From positions 1 through 64,000 of the IMG/VR virus record IMGVR_UViG_3300029288_000008: DNA of 64,000 bases; one strand, given 5' to 3'. A program made the translations under genes and the position numbers. Below are positions 27,817 to 36,408 of the stretch, piece after piece; positions within the stretch are counted from its first letter, which is position 1; each line of letters starts with the position of its first letter. Origin of the DNA: a virus (Duplodnaviria > Caudoviricetes). Under the pieces are notes generated by a model. That model was not told the DNA's origin, ran no database searches, and saw only the letters and a program-made list of their open reading frames with translations.

Positions 27817-27844
27817 TTGACTTTGCAATATTTTATGATATAAT
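27817..27844 (+). promoter_or_regulatory. TTGACT-GCAA class promoter (holin operon)
   Basis: TTGACTTTGCAA...TATAAT, spacer 16. Confidence 0.7.
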
Positions 27845-27880
27845 GAAGATAATAATAGTGTAAAATGCGCGAGGTGAATT

Positions 27881-28171
27881 ATGGATTTTAACATTGGGCC
27901 TATCGGTGTAGCAGCTTTAACGATGGCAATTACTCAGGGCGTTAAAGAGATTTTTGGAATTGACGGTAAAAAGAATCAACTGGTTGCCGTTATCGTTGGG
28001 ATTGTTTTAACATCGCTGTCTTATGGTATCTCTAATCAGTTGATACCGGCGGTAGCAGTTCCATATATTGAATGGGCAGTGGTAGCGCTCGGAGGCGGAT
28101 TATCTGCTATCGGTTTATTCGGACTGTTTACCAAAGAAACAGTAAAAGCACTTAAAAAACTTAGCGAATAA
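27881..28171 (+). CDS. putative holin
   Basis: 96 aa, three TM segments, basic C-terminus. Confidence 0.65.
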   Translation: MDFNIGPIGVAALTMAITQGVKEIFGIDGKKNQLVAVIVGIVLTSLSYGISNQLIPAVAVPYIEWAVVALGGGLSAIGLFGLFTKETVKALKKLSE

Positions 28172-28605
28172 TGGACTTTGAAAATATAGCCACCACCGTT
28201 AGTTTGATTATCAGCGCTTTATTAGGCGGTGGCGGCATCGTTGCTCTGATTAGATCGGCGAGTATTGTACGCAATAATAATAAACGCACCGACATTAAGG
28301 CACTTGAAAGCGCTCTTAAAACGATTCAAGACCGGTATCAGGAGCTTGTAAGTGACAATAACACCAATTTTAAGCAAACTCAAGACCGCTTGAAGTTTCT
28401 TGAAATAGAGTATGTGAAGCAGTCGCAACAAAACAATGAAAGTCTAAAAAGAATTGCAGAGTTAGAAATAGATTTGAAGAAAGCTAACGATAAAATTTCA
28501 GTGTTAGAATTAGAATTAAACAAGAAAAATCTTGACATAATGAAATTAGAGCAAGAGAACATTGAATTGAGAAAACAAAATAACCGAATTGGGCTTATGG
28601 CATAA
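28171..28605 (+). CDS. membrane-anchored coiled-coil protein (lysis cassette)
   Basis: N-terminal TM (LLGGGGIVAL) and heptad repeats. Confidence 0.6.
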   Translation: MDFENIATTVSLIISALLGGGGIVALIRSASIVRNNNKRTDIKALESALKTIQDRYQELVSDNNTNFKQTQDRLKFLEIEYVKQSQQNNESLKRIAELEIDLKKANDKISVLELELNKKNLDIMKLEQENIELRKQNNRIGLMA

Positions 28606-28877
28606 TGATAAAAAAGATAATCGTTTTTGTGGTCAGCATATTTTCGTTTATATGGATACATCGGTTTTTTAGATTTTTGGATAAGTACCCGGTTGGATGG
28701 AGTACCATTACATCACATACAGTTGGGATACTGCTATCGTTTCCATTTTTTGTTGCCTACATTTTGATCGGCGAAAAGCCTGAAAATGCTTATGCATTGA
28801 CATTTTTAGGAGCAGGTGCGGGAACTTCTTTCGGATGGATGTTAGAAGATGCTACGGGCGATTCTACTAGGATATAA
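28605..28877 (+). CDS. small membrane protein
   Basis: Three hydrophobic segments. Confidence 0.55.
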   Translation: MIKKIIVFVVSIFSFIWIHRFFRFLDKYPVGWSTITSHTVGILLSFPFFVAYILIGEKPENAYALTFLGAGAGTSFGWMLEDATGDSTRI

Positions 28878-29011
28878 TGGCGTGGTTATTCGGCTTGACG
28901 GTTCAAAAAGTGAAGAGTTACAGATAGTCATTCAAGACGACTTAACGGCGCTATCGTCATTCAGGGCAACGGTACAATTACACGAAGTTTTAGACTAAAG
29001 GAGAAAATACA

Positions 29012-29218
29012 ATGGAGCTAACACAAGAAACAAAAATTGCAATTATCAAAGCAAAAATCGAATCATACTCACAGCAGTTATACAGTCTTCAACTAGATTA
29101 CAAAGTTGCTAAATATCTTGAAAATTCCAATCAAGAAAAACAGATTGAAGAATCAGTAAAGAAAGTATTAAAGGCTATTGATCTTCTGAAAGAAGAAATA
29201 GATGCAATCTCAGAATAA
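29012..29218 (+). CDS. small helical hypothetical protein
   Basis: RBS AAGGAG. Confidence 0.65.
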   Translation: MELTQETKIAIIKAKIESYSQQLYSLQLDYKVAKYLENSNQEKQIEESVKKVLKAIDLLKEEIDAISE

Positions 29219-29351
29219 TGCAGACAAAGTTGAATCGGGTAAGAAGTGCCTAACCTGTCAATACTTCAACCTGAACTATTGCGAGTTATGTAATCACCTT
29301 ACAGAACAAAACGAGAAGTGCTTTCTGTATATGCCGGAATTCGATTACAAT

Positions 29352-29387
29352 AAAAAAGAACTAGACAACTGTGTCTAGTTCTTTTTT
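29352..29387. terminator. bidirectional terminator
   Basis: AAAAAAGAACTAGACA-ACTG-TGTCTAGTTCTTTTTT. Confidence 0.9.
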
Positions 29388-29629
29388 ATGCCTTATGGAT
29401 GCCGCTTTACTTTAGAGATACTTCATAATCTATAAAATCTATTTGGTGTAATCACTTCTTAGATTAGTAAGATTATGGGTGCTGCTATTTCTAGGGATGC
29501 TTCATAAGGTTTCTTGTTTCTCTTAACTGTTTATAGTATATACCAGAACTTATTTATTGTCAATAGATTTTAGTACAAATTTTGAAAAATATAAAAACTG
29601 TAACTCTATGTTCTATTTTGTTCTATAAC

Positions 29630-29723
29630 TTGACAAACAAAAATGATGTGGTACAATGACCACATCATAATTGTTGTAAACAGAATAATGCGTCTAATCC
29701 AGCAAGGATTGTGCATTATTTTT
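29630..29723 (+). ncRNA. dispersed small-RNA unit 4
   Basis: TTGACA-16-TACAAT, then CATAATTGTTG; hairpin AATAATGC/GCATTATT enclosing AATCC-AGCAA-GGATT. Confidence 0.55.
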
Positions 29724-29858
29724 GTTTTAGCTTTCTGAATTCGTAGTATTTGATAGCAGTTGTAATAGTCAAGTCAACAGCGATAGAGACAAATAATGCC
29801 CATATAGGAATTCCAAGTTGATTAGGCCACATACCGTATACCAGTAAACAAAATACTG

Positions 29859-30092
29859 TTAGCATTCGTCTTTGTCCTCTCCCAATACCTCTTGAAGATG
29901 CCAGTACAAAACCAACATTTCAGTTTTGTCTAGTTCGATCTCATTGTAACCAACGTCGTCAATACCGTCTTCTGTGTTCTCTTGAGTAATCAGTAACCAT
30001 ACACCGTCTTCTTTCTCTTTGGTTTCAAAGATGGTGTCCCAGGTTATACCATCTTCATAACTGTGTGAACTGTCTTTTCTAATCGTTTCCAT
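29859..30092 (-). CDS. hypothetical protein
   Basis: Coupled start/stop in the operon. Confidence 0.6.
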   Translation of the reverse strand: METIRKDSSHSYEDGITWDTIFETKEKEDGVWLLITQENTEDGIDDVGYNEIELDKTEMLVLYWHLQEVLGEDKDEC

Positions 30093-30391
30093 TATTGTGG
30101 ACGCCTTCTCAAAGTGTCTTTCCAGTATTCAATATAACCATAGTTATGATCGAATTGATAATCACCAAAGTCTACTACCCACTGATAATCTTCAACAAAT
30201 GGTTCTTGCTCATAAAAATGCCCATGGCCGTTTTTATCAATTGCCCAATAGTTTGCCCATTCTGGCGCATCGTTCCAATTCGGCTGTAATCCGGTTTCGG
30301 TTTCTTTCAATTCACATACAACGTTATTGACTACCGATACTCCAAACAACTCCTTAAATTCTTCTGTCGTAAGTTCAAACGTAACCTTCAT
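30092..30391 (-). CDS. hypothetical phage protein
   Basis: W..APEWANYWAID..G..HFYE..P motif. Confidence 0.65.
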   Translation of the reverse strand: MKVTFELTTEEFKELFGVSVVNNVVCELKETETGLQPNWNDAPEWANYWAIDKNGHGHFYEQEPFVEDYQWVVDFGDYQFDHNYGYIEYWKDTLRRRPQ

Positions 30392-30397
30392 TTTTTT

Positions 30398-30586
30398 CTA
30401 TTCTCCTTTTAATACTTCCCCTAAGAACTGATAAAGCGCAATGGCTTCTTCTTGAGTAAAAGCGATTATAGATTCTTGTTCACCTTCCTCTTTTTGATAC
30501 ATACCAAGAGGGACTTCTATACCATCGTTATAATATACTTTAGTGTAGCTTTTGAACTTTTCATCATACATCTCTAGCTTTTCCAT
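30398..30586 (-). CDS. hypothetical protein
   Basis: RBS AAAGGAG. Confidence 0.6.
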   Translation of the reverse strand: MEKLEMYDEKFKSYTKVYYNDGIEVPLGMYQKEEGEQESIIAFTQEEAIALYQFLGEVLKGE

Positions 30587-30604
30587 AACGTCTCCTTTAC
30601 TGAT

Positions 30605-30700
30605 AACAAAATACCACCATTAGCGATTGCTTGAATGTTGGCTTTTGTTTGTGAATAATAGGTATACCAGATATTATACCACGTTCTAAAACCGTGTCAA
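30605..30700 (-). ncRNA. dispersed small-RNA unit 5
   Basis: TTGACA-16-TATAAT; hairpin AACAAAA...ATTTTGTT with CATTCAAGCAA. Confidence 0.45.
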
Positions 30701-30999
30701 GGTTCAGGTTCAATGTTTATCGGTTGATAATACCACCCGTTCGATTCTGTAATGCTCCAAACGTTGTTGGGACATTCGACAATCGTATGGTATTTGTACC
30801 CCGTCATAACAAGAGCATCATAAACCGATCTAAGTTTATATTCACTATCGGCAACGATGGTATAGATACCGTTGATACGACTGATTGAAAAACCGTAATC
30901 AACTTTAAGTTGCCTACTTAACAAACCGCCGTATTGTTCTTCTCTGAACTTTCCTATAAGCGTTAATGGTTTCATATCGGCATTGTACCAGTATTGCAA
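30697..30999 (-). CDS. hypothetical protein
   Basis: Open ORF; start uncertain. Confidence 0.45.
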   Translation of the reverse strand: MQYWYNADMKPLTLIGKFREEQYGGLLSRQLKVDYGFSISRINGIYTIVADSEYKLRSVYDALVMTGYKYHTIVECPNNVWSITESNGWYYQPINIEPEP

Positions 31000-31048
31000 A
31001 ATATGTCAAGTGTGGTACAATTAAGTTTATACTAAAAGGAGTATGTAA

Positions 31049-31858
31049 ATGAAGACTATTACACATAAGATTGAAGTTAAAGACTGCGCTAAGTTTTTGA
31101 TGATGGGGGATGTGCATATCGGCTCGCCGGGTTGTGACGAAAGTTTGTTGCAAAGTGTTGTAAAACGATTACAGGAAAAAGACACATACTATTTCGATTT
31201 GGGGGATAGGTGCGAATTTATCAATACTCATGACCCTCGGTTTGATCTTTCTTCGTTACCAAAGTGGCTTGAAATTGCCGATCTTGCAGATATTCCTATG
31301 GCTCAAATGAAGCGGTTTGTAGGGTTTGTTAAACCGTCTGCCTCAAAGTGTTTGGGAGCGGTTGAAGGAAACCACGAAACGGCAATTAAGAAGCATACCG
31401 ATAGGGATGTATACAGTACAATCAATTCTATGCTTGGGCTTGATTCTAAGGTTTGTTTAGGAACATCGGCTATCGTTAAATTACAGTTTGTAATGTATGG
31501 AAAAGTAGAATGGGCGTTAGATGTGTTTATACATCACGGTTCAGGCGGCGGCGGTAGAAAGTCAGGGGGAGCATTAAACCGACTTGAAGAACTTCCAATG
31601 GCGATTCAAGCCGATGTTTATGCAATCGGACACACTCATAAGAAGATGGGAAAGCAACAAGAAAGACTTTACCTAAACAACAAAAACAAACTGACCCATA
31701 AACCGATTGTGCTTATCAATACTGGCGCATTCTCTAGGGGGTTTACTGATACTGATTTTGGTGGTTATGCGGAGCAATCGCTTCTTTATCCGCAAGGTGT
31801 TGGCCCTGTCGAAGTGTGGGTGTATCCGTTACAGAAAGAAATTAAAGTTGTGATGTAA
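31049..31858 (+). CDS. calcineurin-like metallophosphoesterase
   Basis: GDVH, LGD, GNHE, HHG, GHTH. Confidence 0.88.
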   Translation: MKTITHKIEVKDCAKFLMMGDVHIGSPGCDESLLQSVVKRLQEKDTYYFDLGDRCEFINTHDPRFDLSSLPKWLEIADLADIPMAQMKRFVGFVKPSASKCLGAVEGNHETAIKKHTDRDVYSTINSMLGLDSKVCLGTSAIVKLQFVMYGKVEWALDVFIHHGSGGGGRKSGGALNRLEELPMAIQADVYAIGHTHKKMGKQQERLYLNNKNKLTHKPIVLINTGAFSRGFTDTDFGGYAEQSLLYPQGVGPVEVWVYPLQKEIKVVM

Positions 31859-31895
31859 GTACAATAAAAGAGAGGGTAAATTTACCCTCTCTTTT

Positions 31896-32417
31896 TTATT
31901 TTACGTTCGGCATTAAGTCAAAAAACAAGTCTGCTCTATCTATTAAATTATAAAGATTGTCGCATACGAACACCTCTTTGCTTACTTGATTGCACTCCAT
32001 TCTTGTAATGCTATCAATTGCAGTTTGTTCCCATTGTGCCTTGCAAGACCACGTTTTTATGATCTTCGCTGTGGGCAATACCGTTTTGAATGTCGCCATT
32101 CTTGATTCTATGCTTGAAGTAAACCCAAGTTTAATTCTGTTTTCCTCAAGTTCTGGAATTATAGAAATAATATAAAACACTCCAATACCACTTTCGACAA
32201 TGACCATATTCTCGTTAGGAATAAATCCGTTTGCTCTGCGCAATTCTATAAGATATTCTGTATCCTCTTTCGATAAAGCTAAAGTCAGTTGACCTTTAGT
32301 TTCAAGCGTCCTAACCCTAGAGAATACAAATCCATTATGTAATGCGTATTTTCTAGCATTAGATTTATCCATTCCCATTAACTTGCTTATTTCTAATAAT
32401 GTTACAAAGTCATCCAT
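31896..32417 (-). CDS. HTH plus T5orf172/GIY-YIG-like protein
   Basis: GVFYI...RIKLGFTS.IESRM...E.F pattern. Confidence 0.65.
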   Translation of the reverse strand: MDDFVTLLEISKLMGMDKSNARKYALHNGFVFSRVRTLETKGQLTLALSKEDTEYLIELRRANGFIPNENMVIVESGIGVFYIISIIPELEENRIKLGFTSSIESRMATFKTVLPTAKIIKTWSCKAQWEQTAIDSITRMECNQVSKEVFVCDNLYNLIDRADLFFDLMPNVK

Positions 32418-32543
32418 TTAACTCTCCTTTTTATGCACAGTATTCTGTGTATGAATAAATAGTATACCACGCCTTGCAATTCCTGTCAAGTTTGCTTTTT
32501 ACCGTCTTGTGTGGTATAATAAAGAAGACAAGGATATTACAAA

Positions 32544-33050
32544 ATGATTACACAATTACATAACGAGAATTCAAAGCAGTATCAAGCTATCTGCGACTAT
32601 TGGAGATTAGGAGCGAGCAGAAGTCTTAATCAGTTGTTGAAACAGTATAAGGAAGCGGAAAGCGCACCGGCTAAAACCTATATGGTTTTGAAGCGCTGGT
32701 ATACTGATTTTGAATGGGAACGGCGAATTTCTGAGAATATCGCATTAGAACAAAAAGAACTGGAGGCACTTTACCAGGATGAACTGGTAAAGAATACCAA
32801 GCGCCGGTTTGATGTTTTAGACAGTATGTATGATCTGATTAAAGATATGACAGTTGATACTGAAGACATAAGCATATCTCAGGCGACAGGGGTGCTAAGA
32901 TCGTTCTTAGATAGCACCGGTAGGGTGTTTAATTTAGATGCGCCGCTAAAGGTTGCACAAACTGACCCAACAGGAAAGAAAGAATATAGACCAAATACAG
33001 ACTTGGCAAGTGTGTTAGAATTGTTGGATTTAGCTAAAGAGAAAAGTTGA
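32544..33050 (+). CDS. terS: putative terminase small subunit
   Basis: Directly upstream of and overlapping terL; Y..LG..RSL...W...F.W..R pattern. Confidence 0.6.
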   Translation: MITQLHNENSKQYQAICDYWRLGASRSLNQLLKQYKEAESAPAKTYMVLKRWYTDFEWERRISENIALEQKELEALYQDELVKNTKRRFDVLDSMYDLIKDMTVDTEDISISQATGVLRSFLDSTGRVFNLDAPLKVAQTDPTGKKEYRPNTDLASVLELLDLAKEKS

Positions 33051-34582
33051 TAGATTTAGACAGCATTACAGAAGAAAAGATAACTGAGATTTGGCCTAAA
33101 CTAACAGAACGCCAAAGAGAAGCCCTTGCAATGGAGTTATCAGAACCGGCAAGAAAAGAGAAGTGTGGATTATACGATAATTCGGCTTCATTTTCAAAAT
33201 GGGCAATGAGTTGGTTTTATGTCCCTGAGACCAAAAGCCCTATATTTCTCTATCCACATCAAAGAAAAGCTATTGACATTGCCACAGAACGAGACGCTAA
33301 TGGTTTGTTTAAGTATTCTCTTGTTCACTATGGCGATATAAAAAAATCTGGGAAAACAACGATAGCTGCTATGATCGCGCTTCGTTTTGCTTTCCTTAGA
33401 GAGTGGACTTCAATTAAGGTTGTTGGTCAGAAGTTAGATCAGGCTAAATCTAGGAGCTATTTTTATATCTGCCGTGCTTTAGACTTAAACCCACAATTCG
33501 CAAAGATGCAAAGCGAAGGAAAAATTATAGTAAACAATTACACCATAAGGTTTACTGAGAACAATTCTATGATTCAGGCTATACCGGCTTCACCCTCTAC
33601 TGAAGCGGGCGGAAATGACGACCTCATTATTTGGACTGAAATTGGAAGCGCAAAGACAGAAGCGGCGCAACAGTTATGGACCGAAATGGTTATACCACCA
33701 AGAAAGTATGGATACGGTATAAAGTGGACTGAGGGATACGCTGGACATATCGGGGAAAGTCCAATCCTTGAAGAAATTTATAACAACAACGTTAAACTAG
33801 AATATCAAATATCAGATAATCCAAAAATATATTCTAATGCAAGAACGTTTGTAATGTGGAATGATATTCCACAGTTAAAACGATTCCAAACCGACGAATA
33901 TTATAAGCAGCAATCAACCGAACTTTTACCGAGTGAATTTGATAGGGTTCACCGGAATCAGTGGGTATCAAGTCAAAGTTCTTTCATACCGTATCAGTGG
34001 TGGGAAAGCTGCGCAGAGAATTTACCAGAATTAACGCAAAACGAAATTATGATTTTGGGTGTTGACGCGGCAATATCAGGGGATAGTTTTGCAGTTGTTG
34101 GCGTTACCAAACATCCAAAAGATAAGGATAGATTAGCTGTTAGAACTTTGAAAATATGGAAACCGAAACCCGGACAATCTATCATTTTTTCCCATCCTGA
34201 CCCAAAGCAAAACGAGTTGTTACCAGATGGGTATATAACCGATCTGTGCAAGCGCTATAAGGTCAAGATGATAATGTATGACCCTTACCAACTGTATAAC
34301 TTGGCAACACAACACAATCTATCCAGAAAAAGTGCATTCTGGGAAGCGTTTAATCAGGGCGCACCTCGACTTGAGGCAGACGCTAACCTATATCATCTTA
34401 TCCGAGAAAACAAAATTGCCCATCCAAACTTTTTAGAGTTGAATGAGCAGGTTAAAAATGCAAATTCTCAAAGCGATGGGGAATCGAAAATGAGAATTGT
34501 CAAGCGGTCAGAAAGTCAAAAAATAGATAGTGTGGTAGCGCTTTCTATGGCATCTTTTATAGCTAAGAAGTTAAATTTGTGA
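33047..34582 (+). CDS. terL: terminase large subunit
   Basis: Walker A KKSGKTT; nuclease LGVDAA..GD, YDPYQ, KIDSVVALSMA. Confidence 0.88.
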   Translation: MIDLDSITEEKITEIWPKLTERQREALAMELSEPARKEKCGLYDNSASFSKWAMSWFYVPETKSPIFLYPHQRKAIDIATERDANGLFKYSLVHYGDIKKSGKTTIAAMIALRFAFLREWTSIKVVGQKLDQAKSRSYFYICRALDLNPQFAKMQSEGKIIVNNYTIRFTENNSMIQAIPASPSTEAGGNDDLIIWTEIGSAKTEAAQQLWTEMVIPPRKYGYGIKWTEGYAGHIGESPILEEIYNNNVKLEYQISDNPKIYSNARTFVMWNDIPQLKRFQTDEYYKQQSTELLPSEFDRVHRNQWVSSQSSFIPYQWWESCAENLPELTQNEIMILGVDAAISGDSFAVVGVTKHPKDKDRLAVRTLKIWKPKPGQSIIFSHPDPKQNELLPDGYITDLCKRYKVKMIMYDPYQLYNLATQHNLSRKSAFWEAFNQGAPRLEADANLYHLIRENKIAHPNFLELNEQVKNANSQSDGESKMRIVKRSESQKIDSVVALSMASFIAKKLNL

Positions 34583-34828
34583 TACGTTTTCATACCACCA
34601 CTTTTCTTGATTCTTTAGCCACCATTCCCAGGGTAAGTTTTTGTTTAGAGCAAGTTCGCACACTCTCTTTGACAGTTCCAAATCTGGCAATACATTAAAC
34701 AGAAACATATACCCATCCTTGGTTAAAATAGCCGGATGAAAGCCTGCTTCATTGTCATAGATTGAAGCGACAAAATTATTATCATCATACCCGTCTGTGG
34801 CTTCTTCTCGTGTTCTCCATTCAATCAT
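34571..34828 (-). CDS. hypothetical protein
   Basis: RBS AAGGAG; convergent with terL. Confidence 0.6.
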   Translation of the reverse strand: MIEWRTREEATDGYDDNNFVASIYDNEAGFHPAILTKDGYMFLFNVLPDLELSKRVCELALNKNLPWEWWLKNQEKWWYENVSQI

Positions 34829-35016
34829 AGATCACTCCTTCTCAGAACAATAACAATTGACTGTTTCCATACTTGCCGCTTGACCTAATGCCGCGCATTG
34901 GTTGACACACTTCTGAGAAATGTGCATTGTAGGGCGCATTAAGATATACCAGATACAAGCCGCTGTAATCAGTAAAGCTAAAATACCTAACGCTTTCTTA
35001 ATCATAATTCTCCTTA

Positions 35017-35050
35017 AAAAATAGGGGAATGAATTTTATTTCATTCCCCA
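35017..35050 (-). terminator. terminator of the tRNA operon
   Basis: GGGGAATGAA-ATAAAA-TTCATTCCCC followed by a T-run. Confidence 0.75.
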
Positions 35051-35101
35051 TCTAACAGGGTACTCTATCACTATTAAACTGTTCTGGCAAAATTGCCATT
35101 G

Positions 35102-35175
35102 TGGATTCGACAGGGGACGATCCTGTAACTTCTATTTTATGAGAATAGCTCTCTAACCAATTGAGATACGAATCC
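35102..35175 (-). tRNA. tRNA-CAU (Met or Ile2), atypical T loop
   Basis: GGATTCG/CGAATCC; CTATT-CTCATAA-AATAG; T loop ATCGTCC. Confidence 0.8.
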
Positions 35176-35179
35176 TTAG

Positions 35180-35252
35180 CGAACTCGGCAAGAATCGAAC
35201 TTGCAATAAGTCGGTTAACAGCCGACTGCTATAACCATTTAGCCACGAGTCC
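35180..35252 (-). tRNA. tRNA-Asn(GUU)
   Basis: GTCGG-CTGTTAA-CCGAC; discriminator G. Confidence 0.92.
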
Positions 35253-35256
35253 ATAG

Positions 35257-35341
35257 CGGAGATAGCAAGATTTGAACTTGCATTGCTTTTCAGCAAAACA
35301 CCTTTCGAGGGTGCTCCAATGCCATTTATGGTTATATCTCC
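35257..35341 (-). tRNA. tRNA-Ser(CGA)
   Basis: Loop CTCGAAA; long variable arm TTGCT-GAAA-AGCAA; discriminator G. Confidence 0.9.
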
Positions 35342-35346
35342 AAATC

Positions 35347-35424
35347 TGCTATCTATACGATTTGAACGTATGTTTCTTAGTTTAACCGGTCACTAAGTGT
35401 ACTATGCCACTATACTAAGATAGC
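35347..35424 (-). tRNA. tRNA-like gene with a 12-nt anticodon loop (identity undetermined)
   Basis: Intact acceptor GCTATCT/AGATAGC, D arm and T arm ATACG-TTCAAAT-CGTAT; anticodon arm CTTAG-TGACCGGTTAAA-CTAAG. Confidence 0.8.
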
Positions 35425-35427
35425 CAG

Positions 35428-35499
35428 TTGCGGGAATTGGAATTGAACCAATCTATCAAGTTTATGAGACTTGTGTGTAAACCACTACACTATCCCGCA
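35428..35499 (-). tRNA. tRNA-CAU (Met)
   Basis: TGCGGGA/TCCCGCA; CAAGT-CTCATAA-ACTTG. Confidence 0.85.
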
Positions 35500-35506
35500 A
35501 TAAAAG

Positions 35507-35577
35507 AGGCGCAAGTCAGAATCGAACCGACCTATTCACTTTTGCAGAGTGACACCTAACCACTTGGCTATTGCGCC
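35507..35577 (-). tRNA. tRNA-Cys(GCA)
   Basis: TCACT-CTGCAAA-AGTGA; U73. Confidence 0.92.
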
Positions 35578-35582
35578 ATTAG

Positions 35583-35655
35583 CAGGGACGGCTTGCTTTG
35601 AACAAGTACCTGCGGTTTTGGAGACCGCCGTTCTAGCCTGTTAAACTACATCCCT
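35583..35655 (-). tRNA. tRNA-Trp(CCA)
   Basis: GCGGT-CTCCAAA-ACCGC; G73. Confidence 0.9.
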
Positions 35656-35664
35656 ATAAAACTC

Positions 35665-35910
35665 CTTATTATTGTCGGAAGGTCCGATCGCCTATTCTTG
35701 TGATCTACCTAGCACATTTCGGCAACACATAGCGGCCCATATTCGGATGTAAATACCTAGTCCACAGTGCCGGGTTATTCTAGTATTTACAGCTTCCTTC
35801 CGTAACCCATTCTATCGTCAATGTGCCACGATTTTCGCGCGATCAAAGCCCTAGTCATCTAACACACACTAAACACCTGCTAGTGTCACGCATAGAACAG
35901 GTTATTTTAA
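35665..35910 (-). ncRNA. unassigned structured RNA between tRNA-Arg and tRNA-Trp
   Basis: About 46% GC, no ORF in the track, several complementary segments (see findings). Confidence 0.45.
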
Positions 35911-35918
35911 TGTACAAG

Positions 35919-35992
35919 TGCCCCCGGAAAGACTCAAACTTTCGACCTTGCGATTAGAAGTCGCTTGCTCTATTCAACTGAGCTACGAGGGC
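35919..35992 (-). tRNA. tRNA-Arg(UCU)
   Basis: GCCCTCG/CGGGGGC; GCGA-CTTCTAA-TCGC. Confidence 0.9.
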
Positions 35993-36120
35993 AAATCGTC
36001 ACAAACCACAATCCCAACATATGATTATGGTATACGGTTACTTCATTGCTACCGTTGTAGTTAAGATTAGCATAGTTTACCGCTGCTTTTTCTGTTATAA
36101 ATACTTTAGTGTATTTCATC
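35971..36120 (-). CDS. 49-aa ORF whose 3' end runs into tRNA-Arg
   Basis: RBS GGAGACGAGG, ATG 36120, MKYTKVFITEKAAVNY...SSVE, TAG inside the tRNA D arm. Confidence 0.4.
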
Positions 36121-36124
36121 CTCG

Positions 36125-36401
36125 TCTCCAAAAGTTGAAAGCACATTAAACTAAATCTATAAACTGAGACGGCTAGTTGGTTTTATCCTCACGTCTCAAG
36201 ATGTCTTTCCACTCGTCGCCATAAAGTTTAATGTGCTTTCGATTTTCAGATCACGCCCTGTCACCGGCGAAACCGATTTATATTCCGCATTGTATTAGCT
36301 GCGCGATACCCTTAAGGTTGTATCCACGTTTGTTAAGAAACTGTACTCACTTTCGTTTACACTGCCTTTATAAGTCGGTCTCATGTGCTTTGTTTCTTAA
36401 C
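36125..36401 (-). ncRNA. structured 5' leader RNA of the tRNA operon
   Basis: Begins at the predicted start site; 10-bp stem 36332-36341/36392-36401; perfect 16-bp stem 36137-36152/36225-36240. Confidence 0.55.
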
Positions 36402-36408
36402 TGTCTAT

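Noticed and set aside
35790-35810. SRP RNA helix 8 (CGGAAGGAAGC on the minus strand)
   Set aside because: Lacks the upstream UCAGG and a paired UCC/GGA stem; the GGAAGG has a better long-range partner
35665-36401. tmRNA, RNase P RNA, group I intron or hammerhead/HDV-like ribozyme
   Set aside because: No tRNA-like ends with a tag ORF, no GAGGAAAGUCC, no P7 pair and no CUGAUGA core found by eye; a covariance search is still warranted
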